This document shows positions 26,239-39,667 of a stretch of DNA of 64,000 bases, piece by piece (the stretch's first letter is position 1; the number at the start of each line of letters is the position of its first letter). The notes beneath the pieces were generated by a model. It saw nothing but the letters and a program-made list of their open reading frames with translations, did not search any database and had not been told where the DNA came from. Source of the stretch: Octopus sinensis (lineage: Eukaryota); assembly GCF_006345805.1 (NCBI RefSeq), contig NC_043006.1:10540001-10604000 (forward strand). Reading direction: 5' to 3'. Position numbers and translations under genes: made by a program.

Positions 26239-26330
26239 CATATTTATATGTGTGTGTTTGTGGGTGTTTATGTGTGAGTGTTTGCGTGTGTGTGTGCGTG
26301 TGTGTTTGCATGTATGTAGGTATGTATGCA
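24930..26330. repeat. Dense array of (TA)n/(GA)n/(TG)n microsatellites with short unique spacers
   Basis: Seen directly. Confidence 0.9.
25006..25191 (+). mobile_element. Short (TA)n-flanked insert with degenerate hammerhead motif (Penelope-like end)
   Basis: gttt-CCGAAGA-a-gagc gtct gctc-GAAA-aatt-TA-aac at 25063-25099. Confidence 0.5.
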
Positions 26331-27244
26331 ATGTAAGCATTGCTGCATATGCACACGGCGTGATTATCTTTTTCGTTTGGCTGGACATCGAATCCCATTA
26401 AGCTAATCGCTGACAAACTTTAAAGATTTTACTCATTACTTAGCTTCCATTTACAAACAATGCGACAACCATATTAGATAAATAAATGACCGCGAGGTGT
26501 TAAGTATTCGTCTGTTGTTAATGACTTTTGCTTATCTTATCCTCATGCATGAGATATTTGACGTGGAATATATTCACAGAACAGATAACAAAGCTCGCGT
26601 CTCTCAATGAGCCATCAAACTGCATTAAGATAAGTGAGAATGAGAAACATGGTTGTCGGATAGAATTCTTTGTAAAGAGAGGGTGAGACAGGCTGAGAGA
26701 GACAGAGAGATAAAGATTGACAGAGACATAAAGAGATACAGAGAGATAAAGAGAGACAGAGAGAGTCAGAGATAGAATGACAGAGATGGAGACAGACATG
26801 TAGAAAGAGACAGACGAAGGAAAATAGATTAAAATGCGAGGTTAGTAAGGCATCCAGAAGAGATAGGTGTAAGGAAATTTCAAGGAAAGGTGTGAGATGA
26901 AGGATTGGGAAATGTTATGGTGAAACAAATGTAAGGGTCATTCTCCTACATGAATCTCTTGAAATAAATAAACAATTAATTTCTGAGACATAGCCTGAAA
27001 AGAATGTTCACATCAGTTTATAATTCGACATCTCTTTCTGGATTGACGGAGTTAGCGCAGCCGTTACATATCCTTAAATGGTACGTTTATGGCTTTCATG
27101 TATCCCAATGGCATAAGGACATAAATTGCCTTAAAGTATATAAATTCATGTGAAAATTACATTTCGTTATGTAGTGTCTAAATTTTCAAACACGCTGTGG
27201 GCGTTCTTTCTTCCAGATCATTAGTTTGCCCAAGAAGATAACCA

Positions 27245-27555
27245 GAGATCCGTCGGTGACGTCGTCGAGGTTCCACTTGACCCGATATACTGAGCATTCT
27301 GCTCGTGAAATTAACTTCAAGTGGCGAGCACTCCACAGACACGTGCACGGCTTAAGAGTGCACGTGTTTGTTTAAGCGAGATTCCGCGTGACACAGAATA
27401 TGACATGGCCGGTTCTTTGAAATACCGGTTCCGACTCATTTTTGCCAGCCGAGTGAACTGGAGCAATGTGAAATGTAGATTCTTACTCAAAGACACAACG
27501 CGCCGCCAGGAATCAACTGACGGTCATACTATCGTGAGCCAATTACCCAAAACAA
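27245..27555 (-). mobile_element. tRNA-derived SINE family E, diverged
   Basis: Shares gagtgaactggagcaa..tgaaat...ctcaa.acacaac with family C, but has a different 3' body. Confidence 0.65.
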
Positions 27556-27599
27556 TAAGTCCATTTTGTTTTAAATAGGGCAGCAGGCATGTATATAAC

Positions 27600-27765
27600 G
27601 GTTTCAAATTTTGCCACAAGGGCGGCAAATTGGAGGAAGGGGATGAGTCGATTAAATCGACCCCAGTGTTGAACTGGTAATCATTTTATCGACCATGAAA
27701 TGATAAGAGGCAAATGACCACGGTGGAAATTGAACACATAACGGAGCGATGGATGAGATATCGAC
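27600..27765 (-). mobile_element. Degenerate SINE family A copy
   Basis: gtcgattaaatcgaccccagtg...ttttatcgacc matches family A. Confidence 0.7.
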
Positions 27766-28111
27766 AGACATGTATAATAATGATAACTTCATTAACACAT
27801 TAGTAAAGATATGCGATGCACTTCTAAGCAAAAAATATACTTGCGTACAAACTTAAAAATATATTCACTTGTCAAGAGTGTTTTGAAAGTTATAGTTGTT
27901 AAAATCTTCAACTTACAACAAATATATTGCCCACAATATCTGTCCATTACCTATCATCTAGCCCACATTACGCCTTGTGAACTAGTCACTACAAGAGCTC
28001 AAAGTGGTAGATATAAGAACTCACAAGCTGCTCCGTGTTACTTGTGACTTCAACAGCACTGGAGATGTGGACAGGCTATAATTCCCACGCAATTATATAA
28101 GCCGTATCTTA

Positions 28112-29374
28112 TTGAATTGAGGAATAATTCACTAGCGTTAAACAAGTATATTTTAAACAACAAAAAACTACAAATTAATCAATAACATACTCTCCGTTGT
28201 TGTTTACGACTTTCCATTATCGCTCAATTAGTTTTTCGATGCCTCGGCCATAGAAATCTCCGGGTTTCATTCAAAGAATTCGTCAAACCAAGCCCTAAAT
28301 CCCACATCACTATTGAACGTTACTCCGCTCAAAGCATTCGAAAGTGGTCGAAAGAAATGAGAATTTGATGGTGCTAAGTCTGGAAAATATGGAGGATGAG
28401 GCAGCACTTCCCATTCGAGTCTTAAATCGCGGCTTTGATCATCTTGTGGTTGTGAGGACGGACTTTGTCGTGATGCAGAAGAATACTGCTTCGCCTATTC
28501 GATCTTTTTTCCGAATTGTTTCGTTGAGTCGGTGCAGTTGTTGAACGTAGAGCTCCGCATTGAGTGTTTGAATGAGCTCAAGCAATTCAAAAGGAAATGT
28601 CTTCCAATACAAAGAACGTGGTCTTCCGATGCTGAAAGTCTTGATTTGCTCGCAGAGTCGCTTGTTTGTTGGGGCTGAGCCATTCTTTTCACTACTTCAT
28701 ATTGACGTAAAGGCACCATTTTTCATCACCAATGGCAATGCGGTAAAGAAAGCGCTGTTTGAGACCATGTGTTGAGCGATGTCGAGCATGTAAATTGGCG
28801 GCGATTGTGGAGCTTTGATCTTTGTTATTTTCGCTCAGAGTGTGTGGCACCCAAACGCCGAGTTTCTGAATCTTACCCATAGAGTGAAGGTGGTTCGCTA
28901 CAGCTTCTTTTAATCACAATCCATCTACTAATCACCAGGTCGTGAGACGTGGATTTTCGTGAAGAAGCTGACTCAATCACTCTTCATTGAGCTCAATTGG
29001 TCTTCCAGTGTATGATCCGTCCTGGAGGTAAAAATTGCAATTTTTGAAGAGCGAAAACCAACGGTGGGCGGTCCTGTGATGCATTGCTCCTCCTCTATAC
29101 ACGGTACAAATCTCACGAGCTATTTCGTCGGCTTTAACACCTCGATTAACTGCAAAAAGCAAATGGTGTGGAAAATGCTGTTTTATCCCCTTGACATACC
29201 ATCTTAATGACCTGAAATACCCAAAAGTCATTAAAGTTAAAAAATCAAAACACTCTATATCCTGTAGAACAAACAATTGTTTTTGAAACAGCATAAAACA
29301 TGTTGCCAATGTGTTTTATTTATGCGTACATTTTTAAACTTGAAAAAATGCTCATGAATTATTCCTCAACCCAA
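28112..29374 (-). mobile_element. Full-length (1263 bp) decayed mariner transposon, second family
   Basis: TIRs ttgaattgaggaataattcactagcgtt / aatgctcatgaattattcctcaacccaa, TA on both sides. Transposase motifs HHLLFAVNRG, WFSLFK, LGVWVPHTL, GDEKWCLYVN, HHDKVRPH and PDLAPS, broken by frameshifts and stops. Confidence 0.93.
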
Positions 29375-30079
29375 TAAATTTGCGTTGATGCCATATGAAA
29401 CTCGTAGCGAGACACTGGAATAACATCTGTGGCAGATGATAGTAACCAATAACTATGTTACTCAAGTACGAAAACAATATCAGGAGGATTGTTTATAAAT
29501 AAGTAGAGCCATGAAATAAGAGTAGATACATTTTTAGGTCGTTCAATTTATCTCAATCGATGAATGGGCCAGTTGAATAAACTTATCACTAACGCACCTA
29601 TAATGACTACTGGAAACAAATGTAAGGGAAATTCACTACGATAAAGGAAAATATATACTGACCATTATTTATGCCTTGTTTTGTATATCACTCGGTGAAA
29701 ACTAGTATAACTGGAGCATAACCATGAATTTACTCTATGCAATGGCGATGGACTATAAACTCGGTCCCTGACACGAGAATACGCGGAGCTCTTTACGAAT
29801 CTAAGCAATATTGTTAGCCGGGTGTACTAACCGAGAGCTCATAAAATATTTTACTGGGATAGATAACACGGTGGAACAAAATTTAAATTTCATCTCTTGT
29901 CTTTGGGCAGAATGTGTTATTTCTTATTTGTTTCTTTGTAGGAATCAAAGAAAATGGATGCTAATTCCGTCAAACTTTGCTTTTGTGATCAGGGCATCGT
30001 TGTGTGAAACTGACATATTTTCCATTACCTTTCAGACTGATTCAGCGCTGAATCGCTGAAGCAGAAATATCATTATAAC

Positions 30080-30240
30080 TAATATTCTGCTCAGTATCAC
30101 GTTTGCTTGTCAGTTACTTAACCTTAACCCCTTGAGCATGACCCTTGGTGACTGAAAATATGCGCTACTCTGACGATGAGGAGTAGAGGGGGAACATTAT
30201 AACCATATGTTGTGAGGGATTCTTTGGCGTCTGAATAAAT
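30080..30240 (+). mobile_element. Old partial copy of the 550-bp (TAA)n-associated element
   Basis: atattctgctcagtatcac..tttgcttgtcagtt..accttaacc..ttgagcatg..gagggattctttgg is a diverged reverse complement of 4790-4945. Confidence 0.7.
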
Positions 30241-30467
30241 ATAACAAAAGCAAAGTTTGAATGAAATATTAAACATCTTTCATACACTCTAGGGTAAGTA
30301 AATATGAAATAACAGCTGCTACGAAAGGACAAAAATCGTGTTATACTGTGTAACAACTCATTAATTACACTGATAGAGAAATATTATATAGAAATACATT
30401 CTTAGCGCTAATTAATTCTTAATTGTGTTTAAGTAGCAACATGCAAACATACATACATATATATAGT

Positions 30468-30645
30468 AGGCGCAGGCGTGGCTGTGTGGTAAGAAGCTTG
30501 TTCCACAACCACATAGATCCGGGTCCAGTCCCACTGTGTGGCACCTTAGTCACGTGCCTTCTATTATTGACTCGCGTCTACCAAAGTTTTGTGAATGAAT
30601 TTATCTGACGGAACCTGAAAGAAACCCATCTATGCGTATGTGTGT

Positions 30646-30676
<31 letters not shown>

Positions 30677-30897
30677 GTGTGGTGTATTTGCTTATGTGAT
30701 TGTACCTCCCCCACCATTGTTTGAAAACCGATGGTGGTGGGTTTACGTACCTGTAACTGAGTGGTTTGGCAAAGAGACCGATACAATAAGTACCAGACTT
30801 ATAAAGAATAATCCTGTGGTCAATTTGTTCGACTAAAAAGTGGTGCTCCACCATGGCCGCAGTCAAATGACTGAAACAAGTAAAAGAATAAAAGAAT
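30468..30897 (+). mobile_element. SINE family B, diverged copy
   Basis: Head aggcgcaggcgtggctgtgtggtaag, internal (TG)n, tail gactgaaacaagtaaaagaataaaagaa. Confidence 0.88.
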
Positions 30898-31782
30898 ATA
30901 TATACAATTTCGCAATTTCTATCTGGTATATAATAATCAACTAAAGACGAAATAATAAATGTTGAAATAATCCGTGGTCGAAAGCCGTAGTTTTACAACA
31001 TAAGGTAAATGATTGAATATTGTATGACCGTTGTAATTAGGTGAGCCATCATTCCCCAAGAATACGATGCCGACGTCACACGGACACGTGTAACTACGTG
31101 CACTCCTGTGTCCCCGTACATTTAGGTGTGCGGATTATCTTGCTGCTGACAATAATTAATTCTAGTCTTAATCTGAAACATTTTCGGTATTGTAGCTCTC
31201 TAGAGAGAGCATGTAGGCCTAACAAGTGAAATATCAGCATTTTCGTTTAAAATGGTCTCATGAGATTCGATTCGATTAGAATTCGGTGCTGACTTGCTGC
31301 CAAACATTTTAGAAATGAGTCAATATCTTCTTGTAATAGCTACGGAAATTAAATCTTTAATCTTCTCGTAGTGTACGTTTGTTAATTAAATGTTTAATCT
31401 CCTAATATTGTAGATGTAATTAGTGAAGGAATTGCTACCTAACACACTTAAGAATTAATTAGCTCTATAGAAGAATGTATTTCACGAATATACTTCTCTC
31501 TTGAGTTTGGAATACCAAATACATTTTAGCATGATTGCTTTGTATGTTTAAGCTAATATTCCGGAAAATTTGTTAAGAGATGAATTAGATCTACACCATT
31601 ATGAATTAAGTTATTGACATGCGTACATAATTAGACCTAAAGGCACCCGAGGTTTCCAAGTATAAACACCGGTTTTACGACTTTTATGGAAATGATAATA
31701 AATCACAAAGACAGTATCAGACAAAGATAGAATAACATAACTAAACATATACACACACAATCGCACACGCGCACCCACATAT

Positions 31783-31839
<57 letters not shown>

Positions 31840-31845
<6 letters not shown>

Positions 31846-32020
31846 AAATTAGAGACCAAACCACTATTATGCAAATCAAACAAAGAAAGACTTAAGCCAA
31901 TACATAAAATATAAAATAATTTATATAAATTAAAATTTAACAAATGAATAACCACTACGATCGTTTCGTGTCAGCACATCTTAGACATTCTTCAGGTGGT
32001 TTCTAAACCTTCTTAGCGAG

Positions 32021-32022
<2 letters not shown>
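31840..32022 (-). mobile_element. ~180-bp (TA)n-embedded Penelope-like mini-element with hammerhead
   Basis: Long (TA)n tracts on both sides; contains a complete minimal hammerhead fold. Confidence 0.7.
31950..32001 (-). ncRNA. Minimal type I hammerhead ribozyme (predicted)
   Basis: Minus strand reads aaccac-CTGAAGA-a-tgtc taagatgtgct gaca-c-GAAAC-gatc-GTA-gtggtt: perfect 6-bp stem I, 4-bp stem II, palindromic stem III region (ACGATCGT) and a GUA triplet. Confidence 0.78.
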
Positions 32023-32095
<73 letters not shown>

Positions 32096-32539
32096 TACAT
32101 ACATATATATATGGGGGTTGTCTGTTTGTATGTCTGTCTGTTTGTAAAATTTTATTTTGTTTCTTGAAGCATCAAATTTATCGTATTACAGTCAAGAATT
32201 GAATATTCGTGACGCATTATCGCCCTGGAAACAGCATAATGAGTGGGTATAAGACAGACTAGTGTTGTCAACAGTCAGCCACGGGATACGCAACCACTGA
32301 CACTAGCCAGTTTAGCTTCATGGAAAAGAAACTCAGCCAGTATCCGAGAGGTGCGGTTTCGAGTCCTGTGATTGCTTGGTGACAACATTTTTTCCGTCTC
32401 GTAACAGTGATAATACTCAACATTTCTGCTGTTTTCATAGTTATAATGAGTTAGAAATATCACCTTCTTGTCTGTATAATATGTGTGCGTGAGTGTGTGT
32501 GTAATGAATGTGCGTATAAGCGTGTATATATACACATAC

Positions 32540-32584
<45 letters not shown>

Positions 32585-32585
<1 letters not shown>

Positions 32586-32910
32586 CGTATTTGTGGCCTA
32601 TAAGACGCACGAGTGCATAAGCGTAGGTTATACTTCTGTAGAATATATTACCACAAAAATGTTTCAATTCCTCCACTTACCTGTATAACTTTATGTTATT
32701 ACCGGTAATTATAAGCAATTTCTTGCATCCACATTCGATATAAGCATACCGTAGGCGATCATTCACCAATACATTCGATAGAAGCATACCGGAGGTGATA
32801 GTTCACCATTCGTCGCGAGTTTTAGACTACACTGTGTGCATCGAATGCAGGGGGATTTTAAACCATTTTGGGGTGAAGAAAAGGTGCTTCTTATACGCAA
32901 TCAAATACGG
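32585..32910. mobile_element. MITE (pogo/Tigger-like TIRs)
   Basis: ccgtatttgtggcctataagacgcac versus the inverse gtgcttcttatacgcaatcaaatacgg. Internal ~40-bp direct repeat (acattcgata.aagcataccg.agg.gat..ttcacca). Confidence 0.7.
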
Positions 32911-33214
32911 CACATATAAAGATAAATTAACTATAGAGATATACTCTTGACAGTCCATTAATTTATTTATATTACAATATTACGTTAAATACTATGAATA
33001 TAATATAACATAGCATAATATTATATAACATAAATAATTATTAAAAACCATAAAAAGCCAACAAATTGTGTCGACTTCTATATATATATATTTTTCTGAT
33101 ATACATAATCACAGTTCTCTTATATATAAAGTCACTTCAGGTTTAGAAAAAGGCGAAATATTGTGTGCAAGGACGGCTGGATTGTAAAAATTAATTCAGA
33201 TGTCTATGTATTAT

Positions 33215-33385
33215 GAGTAGTATGAGAAATATTCCCTTGATATAGTTGCGCTCTCTGAAACTCGTCTCTCTGGTGATGGTCATATAAATAAACCTATGAA
33301 CATACTTATGGATATACTAACTTTTGGGGAGACGTACCTAAGGGTCAACGTAGAGAATTTGGCGTTGGGTTTGCTCTGAATGGTA
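33215..33385 (+). mobile_element. AP-endonuclease fragment of an RTE-like LINE
   Basis: Reads YSLDIVALSETRLSGDG then, after a frameshift, YGYTNFWGDVPKGQRREFGVGFAL. Confidence 0.78.
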
Positions 33386-33559
33386 ATGACAACAAAAACC
33401 ACCACGATGACAGCACCGTGGTCGAACACTCTTACACAGAGGAATACAGGAAATGTAGCATTTTTTTTCGGGTCTTAAGACAGCACCAGCACAATGGGGT
33501 GAGAAGATGGGACTGAGAGGAAGGCCACACTGCTTGGGTTATGATCTCTAGCCCTTGGC

Positions 33560-34380
33560 CCACTCAGTTCTGTTGTTGTATTCTGGAAGCTTCAATCATC
33601 TTGATATTCTCTTCAAGGATTAGAAGGATTGAGATAATCCAGATGACATTTATTTCTGGTGGGATTTCCTCAATAACTATTTTGAATGTTCTCCTACCTA
33701 TATAAGTTGGTAATAAAATAACTTCATTTGTTTTTATCGGTTGAAGGAAGTGTTTCATAGCATTTTCCTAATTTTTGAAGTACACCACTTCTGTGGTGTA
33801 TCTCTCGCTCTGGTCAAGACCTCGAGGTCTTGCCAGATGGGTTGTAGTCGCTTCTCGATTTGTTCTTTGGATGCCTTGTGTATTTTCTTGCTTTTTATTT
33901 TCATTGTCTTATATGTTATTATTTTCCTCTTTGTTTCTTCAGCGAGTTCGTTAGGGAGGGTTGGCTTTAACATCAAAACCTTCCCTTTCGAACATACCTC
34001 TGTATTGCCGCTGTTAATCTGGCTTTATATTCAATTTATCATTTCTCACATCGGCTGCGGTGGCAAAATTAATCTTCTTTTAGTTGTCTTCTGTTGGGTT
34101 TACTTTTCTGTTATTCATTTTATTTTTTTTCAGCATTTATTTTTTCTTCTTGGTTCCTTTTCCCGTTTACTGCATTTATATGGCTTTCGTTCACATTTCC
34201 ATTCATTTTGTCTTCTTTCACAGTTGCTCTTTCGATAGCTTAGTCAGGGTTAGAAGACTTGTCCTCCGAATTCATTTTCCCAGAAATAAATATGTTTCTC
34301 AAAATTATTTCAAAAATTATCTTCCCCTCAGTAAGGAGGGGAACGACATTCCACTCCGTCTGTTAAAACAGAACGTAGAA
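33560..34380 (-). mobile_element. Probable decayed LINE ORF1 / 5' region
   Basis: Lys-rich broken frames including ILLPTYIGRRTFKIVIEEIPPEI and a purine-rich sense strand. No diagnostic catalytic motif. Confidence 0.35.
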
Positions 34381-34689
34381 CAATAACAAAATTTCAAACT
34401 TTAAAAATAAATGGCAACAATAACAATAAATAATAACAAAAATTACTAACCAAATTCTCGCAAAGACAAATTAACCGCAGCGTGCTAACGTTTCTGGCAG
34501 ATCGCCGTCTTAATATTATCCAGTTATTAAAATATTGCCATTGTTATACTGGGTAATAACAATATTGATAACATTCTTATTTATAAATAAAAAAAATTCA
34601 ACGCTGGACAAAAATATTGGCGTGATTCAGTTAGAAATAACATATTTTCCCTGAGGACTCTACACATTCATATACGTACACACACGAAT

Positions 34690-34819
<130 letters not shown>

Positions 34820-35355
34820 GGGGAGGAGAGAGATATATTTGGCAGGGTTTTTGTGCGCGTATGCGTGTGTGCTTACGTATGTCTACGTGCATCAGTAGAT
34901 GTAGATATGTTTTTATATATATATATATATATATGTAGAGATAGATCGTGTTCTTGACCTGGTTTCATTCCAGTAGCCGGAGGTAATTGTTCGATTCACA
35001 TCTACTATAAATATCCCAGGAAGAGTCACGTATTTTCCATTTATCCCATTTATTTATAACCTTATACTATGCAGTATATCTGTATGCTTGTGAATGTAGG
35101 TATACTTTTATATACGGAGAGAAAGAACGGATATTTTCACACAAAGGCAGAGAAATATAGTGATTGAGTATGACCATATAAAATAGGAAAAGGTATTAAT
35201 AAAAGAACGATGCTTCGGCGAATGCCCAGAGCGGTATAATTAGACCCCTGAACCGCTGAATAGAAACGTTGTTTTCTATTTTTCACGCACAATTGGAAAC
35301 ATTTCTTTTACAAAAATACAACGTCTAAACACATTAACATAGCACACACGCTCTT

Positions 35356-35404
<49 letters not shown>

Positions 35405-35623
35405 ATGTGCATCTATTTATGTATACATACATACAGATAGAGAATAAGTGAGAGAGACATAGAGAGAGATAAAGGGTCATTGACATAGACCCTTGAGGGA
35501 CTGTATTATTGAGCGGGTGTTGCACTGTAAGAAATATTAATATAAAACAAGTTTTGTAGTGTTTATAAACGAAATTTCAAGGAGCTCACTACTTTGCCTT
35601 CGGTATCTTCGGTTTCACTGTAC

Positions 35624-35696
<73 letters not shown>

Positions 35697-36380
35697 GTGT
35701 GTGTATGTGTTTGTGTGTGCGCGTACTCGTACTCGTATAAATGTGTGTGTATATGTGTGTGTGTGTGTACGATGTGTGTACTATACAAAATTTGTGTCTA
35801 CTACCACAAATAGATACTTGTTTGTCTGAGAACGAGTAATGTTAACATTTATCGCTTTCATGTATAGATAATAAATCATCGTTACTATACTTCCTACAAA
35901 CAGAATAAAAATAGTCAAGGTAGGAGGTAAAGAAATTTTATGTGATGAAAGAATTATGGTATTATTTAATATTAATAGCACCGTCATTGTCAAACTCAAT
36001 AAAGCAGTTTTAATTAAATTTTCTAAAGAATTATCTTCACAATTAAATTATTTCCGCCAGTTTGTTGGTCAGTTGAATTTTCGATGTAGCGGTTTGTTTT
36101 TATCTATAAAATCGTTAAGGGTCATAAAGATGAACTTAACCCTAATAAAACCAGCGACGTCAGTATTACTGAGTGAAGTATACTCGGAAAAAATAACATT
36201 TTAGAAGAGGCTCTAGACTAACATCTTTGAACAACAAACAAAATGATTAACTGGTATTTAAATATAGATTACAGCACTCTAGATTTACTCAATTTGACAC
36301 TGCTAATTTTCACCATTCTTTATCATATCCTCCACATAACTGTACCCACAATTTTCAAAAACCTATAATGTTATAGATAA

Positions 36381-36720
36381 AGTAAAGAACCCCTTCGGTC
36401 ATGAATGACCATGGGATTGCACCTAGAAAGTTACCCTCCTAGACACAAGTCCGGGCAAGGTTGTTTATGGAAGGCCAGTAGTCGCCCATGCATACCAGCC
36501 TCCCCTCTCCACGCCACCAGTGTTATCCAAGGGGAAGACAAAGTTCGATACAGTTTGGCACCAGTGACATCGCAACTCATTTCTACAGCTGAGTGAACTG
36601 GAGCAACGTGAAATAAAGTGCATTGCTCAAGAACACAACACGCAGCCCAGTCCGGGATTCGAGCTCACAACCTCACGATCGTAAGCTCGATGCTCTAACC
36701 ACTGAGCCATGCGCCTTCAC
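36381..36720 (-). mobile_element. tRNA-derived SINE family C with TSD
   Basis: Head gtgaaggcgcatggctcagtggttagagc...gagctcgaatccc. 12-bp TSD tgttatagataa at 36369-36380 and 36722-36733. Confidence 0.92.
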
Positions 36721-36899
36721 TTGTTATAGATAACAAGCTTATAAATTACTGAACAGTCTAAGAAGACTCAGTTTTTGATAGGGAACAAGCCTTTGTATAA
36801 CGGTCACAACCAGTAGGTATATTCGATATCAGTACGTGTTTTACGAAATTTCAGAAATATGTGATATCGTCGAAAAACGATGATATCACATATATCTGA

Positions 36900-37560
36900 A
36901 ATTTTGTAATAGTGGACATGTTAGAACATAGATTCATTTACATCAGATTAGGATACAAAGAAGATGAATTTGCAGTTACATTACACAGTGCAGGCCATGA
37001 ATTTGAGAGATTTAGAGAAAACTTCATAAGGAGTTTTATCAATGAAGAAATACAGCAACTTAATCGTTGTAAATTGCTCGGCTTAGATATAAACTAATGA
37101 AACCATAAACTTCAACACTATTGAAAGAATGACATGTCTCATCGCTAACTTTTCGCAACTATAATATGAAAAGGGGCATATAAGAATTCCAGTAAAATAA
37201 TAACAAAAAATTAATAGATTATACCATATGTTTTTAACTACTGGCATTTTAGAACATTAGCTGGAATATTACTAAGCACATCTACTGATGGAAATGTCTT
37301 TGATATAGAAGATTGACATTACAACAGAATTTTAACAAATAGCGGTTTTAAAGTAAAATTTATTACTACACCAAAATTCCAGATCTGCTATATCATCGGA
37401 TTTCAATTTTGTACACCTTTAACTTAAAATATAAAGTAAGGATAAAACCTTTCGGCCATATTTTGATAGATATTTCCCATCATAATATCGTGCAGGTTTC
37501 AATAGAAACAGTTTAAAATCATTCTTGTTGAATTACCATTATCAAGAACATAACACACGA
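36900..37560 (+). pseudogene. Heavily decayed Penelope-like element reverse transcriptase
   Basis: IRLGYKEDEFAVT...FERFRENFIRSF resembles GLYRDDGLAV...ERIRK. STDGNVFD...HYNRILTNSGF and FDRYFP...FNRNSLK resemble IDKHFP...FNRNTVK. The pieces are collinear with recalled Penelope RT/thumb/linker motifs. Confidence 0.6.
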
Positions 37561-39428
37561 AACATCATGTAAATCCGTCAAGTACATCTGATCTAATTTT
37601 TGTAATCCTTTCGTCGAAATCGTATAGGACAAGTTCAAACAGTGATATGTTAACCATATTACTTACTTTGGACGTCGTAATAGAAGGAAATCAAATACGC
37701 TATCTAATTACATTTGATAACTGAGTGAAAACACCATCAAATATAAAAAAGCATTGTTAAACACGAGCGTGCTGAAGAGTATACTTAAACAGACTATACT
37801 TATACAGAACAAGATTTATTATGCCCAACAGAAATTATATCTTACTGAAATGCTATAAATGGCTCAAAAGCGTATTTCAGTACTATATAAGAACTTTTCA
37901 GAAAGTATCATTACTTTAAAGAGTTCCTTACTAAAGTTAAGACGCTAGACATCTCCAAAATTGCAGGCGCAATACCAAGTCCTCTTAACTTCATTGTCCT
38001 AAATTTCTGTCAGATGTCCACATAATTGCACCATTTACCAGCTATTGTACCATATAATCCACAGACCATTATGTAGTACTTTGCATACCAGTAGAACTCT
38101 GGATTTAGTCCTTTATATGGTCTCCTTTTATAGAGTACATCTGTCCTTTCCAGTCAGCATTTTCATTCAATCTTGCGGGAAATGAATCCAAGTTATGGAA
38201 GACTGGTCGTACGTATCGAGACTATGAGATGCCCTGTGTGTGACGTTGTTTCAATCAAACGATGTTTTGATACCAAGTTGAATATTTGTTACACAGAAAT
38301 ATAAAAAAATAACGCTTGCACTGTGGTGCATTTCAATGAAGATCCAACGCCTAGACCTGTCTACTCCAAATAGTTGGTTTTAATATTCCAAAATTTGTTC
38401 ATCATATAGACATTCTCAACATCGAACTAGGTAGAACCAGCCCTATTTTAAGATATATAAACGTGAGAAAATCTATAACTTCCAGCCTTTTTTCTAGAGA
38501 GACCGATGAGATATCTTTCTATTCTTTGCTATAATTCAATCTGGTATTCTCTATGTATTTATACTTTTCCCGGGTTTTAATGATTCTAATATATTACTCA
38601 GCGCTGAGTACCGTGGATTGAGATGGAGTAGATGAAACTATGCATACACGTTCATTTAAATGGACGGTGCAATTTTGTTTCCTTGTGATTGAATTTCATT
38701 GTTTTGTGGTCGGTTCTTTGCTAGGTACAACTGACTGATGAAGATTCGAGGAAGCGGTAAGACAGTTTAATATATATATTATTAGTTCTTATAAGTGCAT
38801 TTTGTACTTTTGACTACTTGATATCAAGATGTTTAGATTAAACCACGAAACTAAGGATATTATTAAGGTTGCAGAATTTTGAGTTTTTAATGTAAGATAG
38901 ATGCAATTGCCACAGTAACTAGTAGCTGAATAGAAAAATGTTAGACTTGAGTTCGAATCTCCTGTGTGATTTCAGAACGTTTTTCTAGGTTGTCAAAGTT
39001 GTCATTAGATATTTTAGGTAAAGTAATAAAAGAACATTTGGAATATGTTTCTTTGGAGCCTCAATTCTTTGCTAACTACTATGAGTATGGTGATTAAAAA
39101 ATCAGAAATTGATAACTGTTGCTGCAGGTTCCTGTTTATAAAAAGAAAACTGGAAGAATCACATTTTACGTCAAACTACTCGAAGTATTATGCAAACAAT
39201 TTTATTTATTTAAAGAGCAACAACTCTTAAAAAACTAACTTTCTTGTGCAAGTGTCTAGATTTTGAAAACTGCCAGGCCTCATAGGGATAGTAGCTATGA
39301 AATTCTGTAGTAGGGGCAATTGTCAGATGTATTCGAAATTTGAATGTTGGGTAGTCAATGAGACCGCGGAGGTGAACCAAAAATATGACCTGAATGATTG
39401 GTGTTATGTATGGGATCTTTGCCACATA

Positions 39429-39641
39429 CAAAGGTGTACTGAACAGTTCTTAGCTTTTGGTCAAAATTATACAAGAGGGTCAGTTGATTATGATTGTATT
39501 CAACATATTCCATTGTCAGATTCACACACTTAATGCAGCGGACATTCAGTTTTTCTAAGCTGAGTAAAAGAACTCGGAAAGTTGAACACCTACTCAGGCC
39601 TTTCGCAATAACAAAGTGAGAAAATTTACAGAACACCTTCG
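39429..39641. mobile_element. Mariner-type MITE
   Basis: TA-caaaggtgtactgaacagtt ... aaatttacagaacaccttcg-TA imperfect TIRs, 213 bp. Confidence 0.6.
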
Positions 39642-39667
39642 TATATCAAAATGCATATATTATTTAG

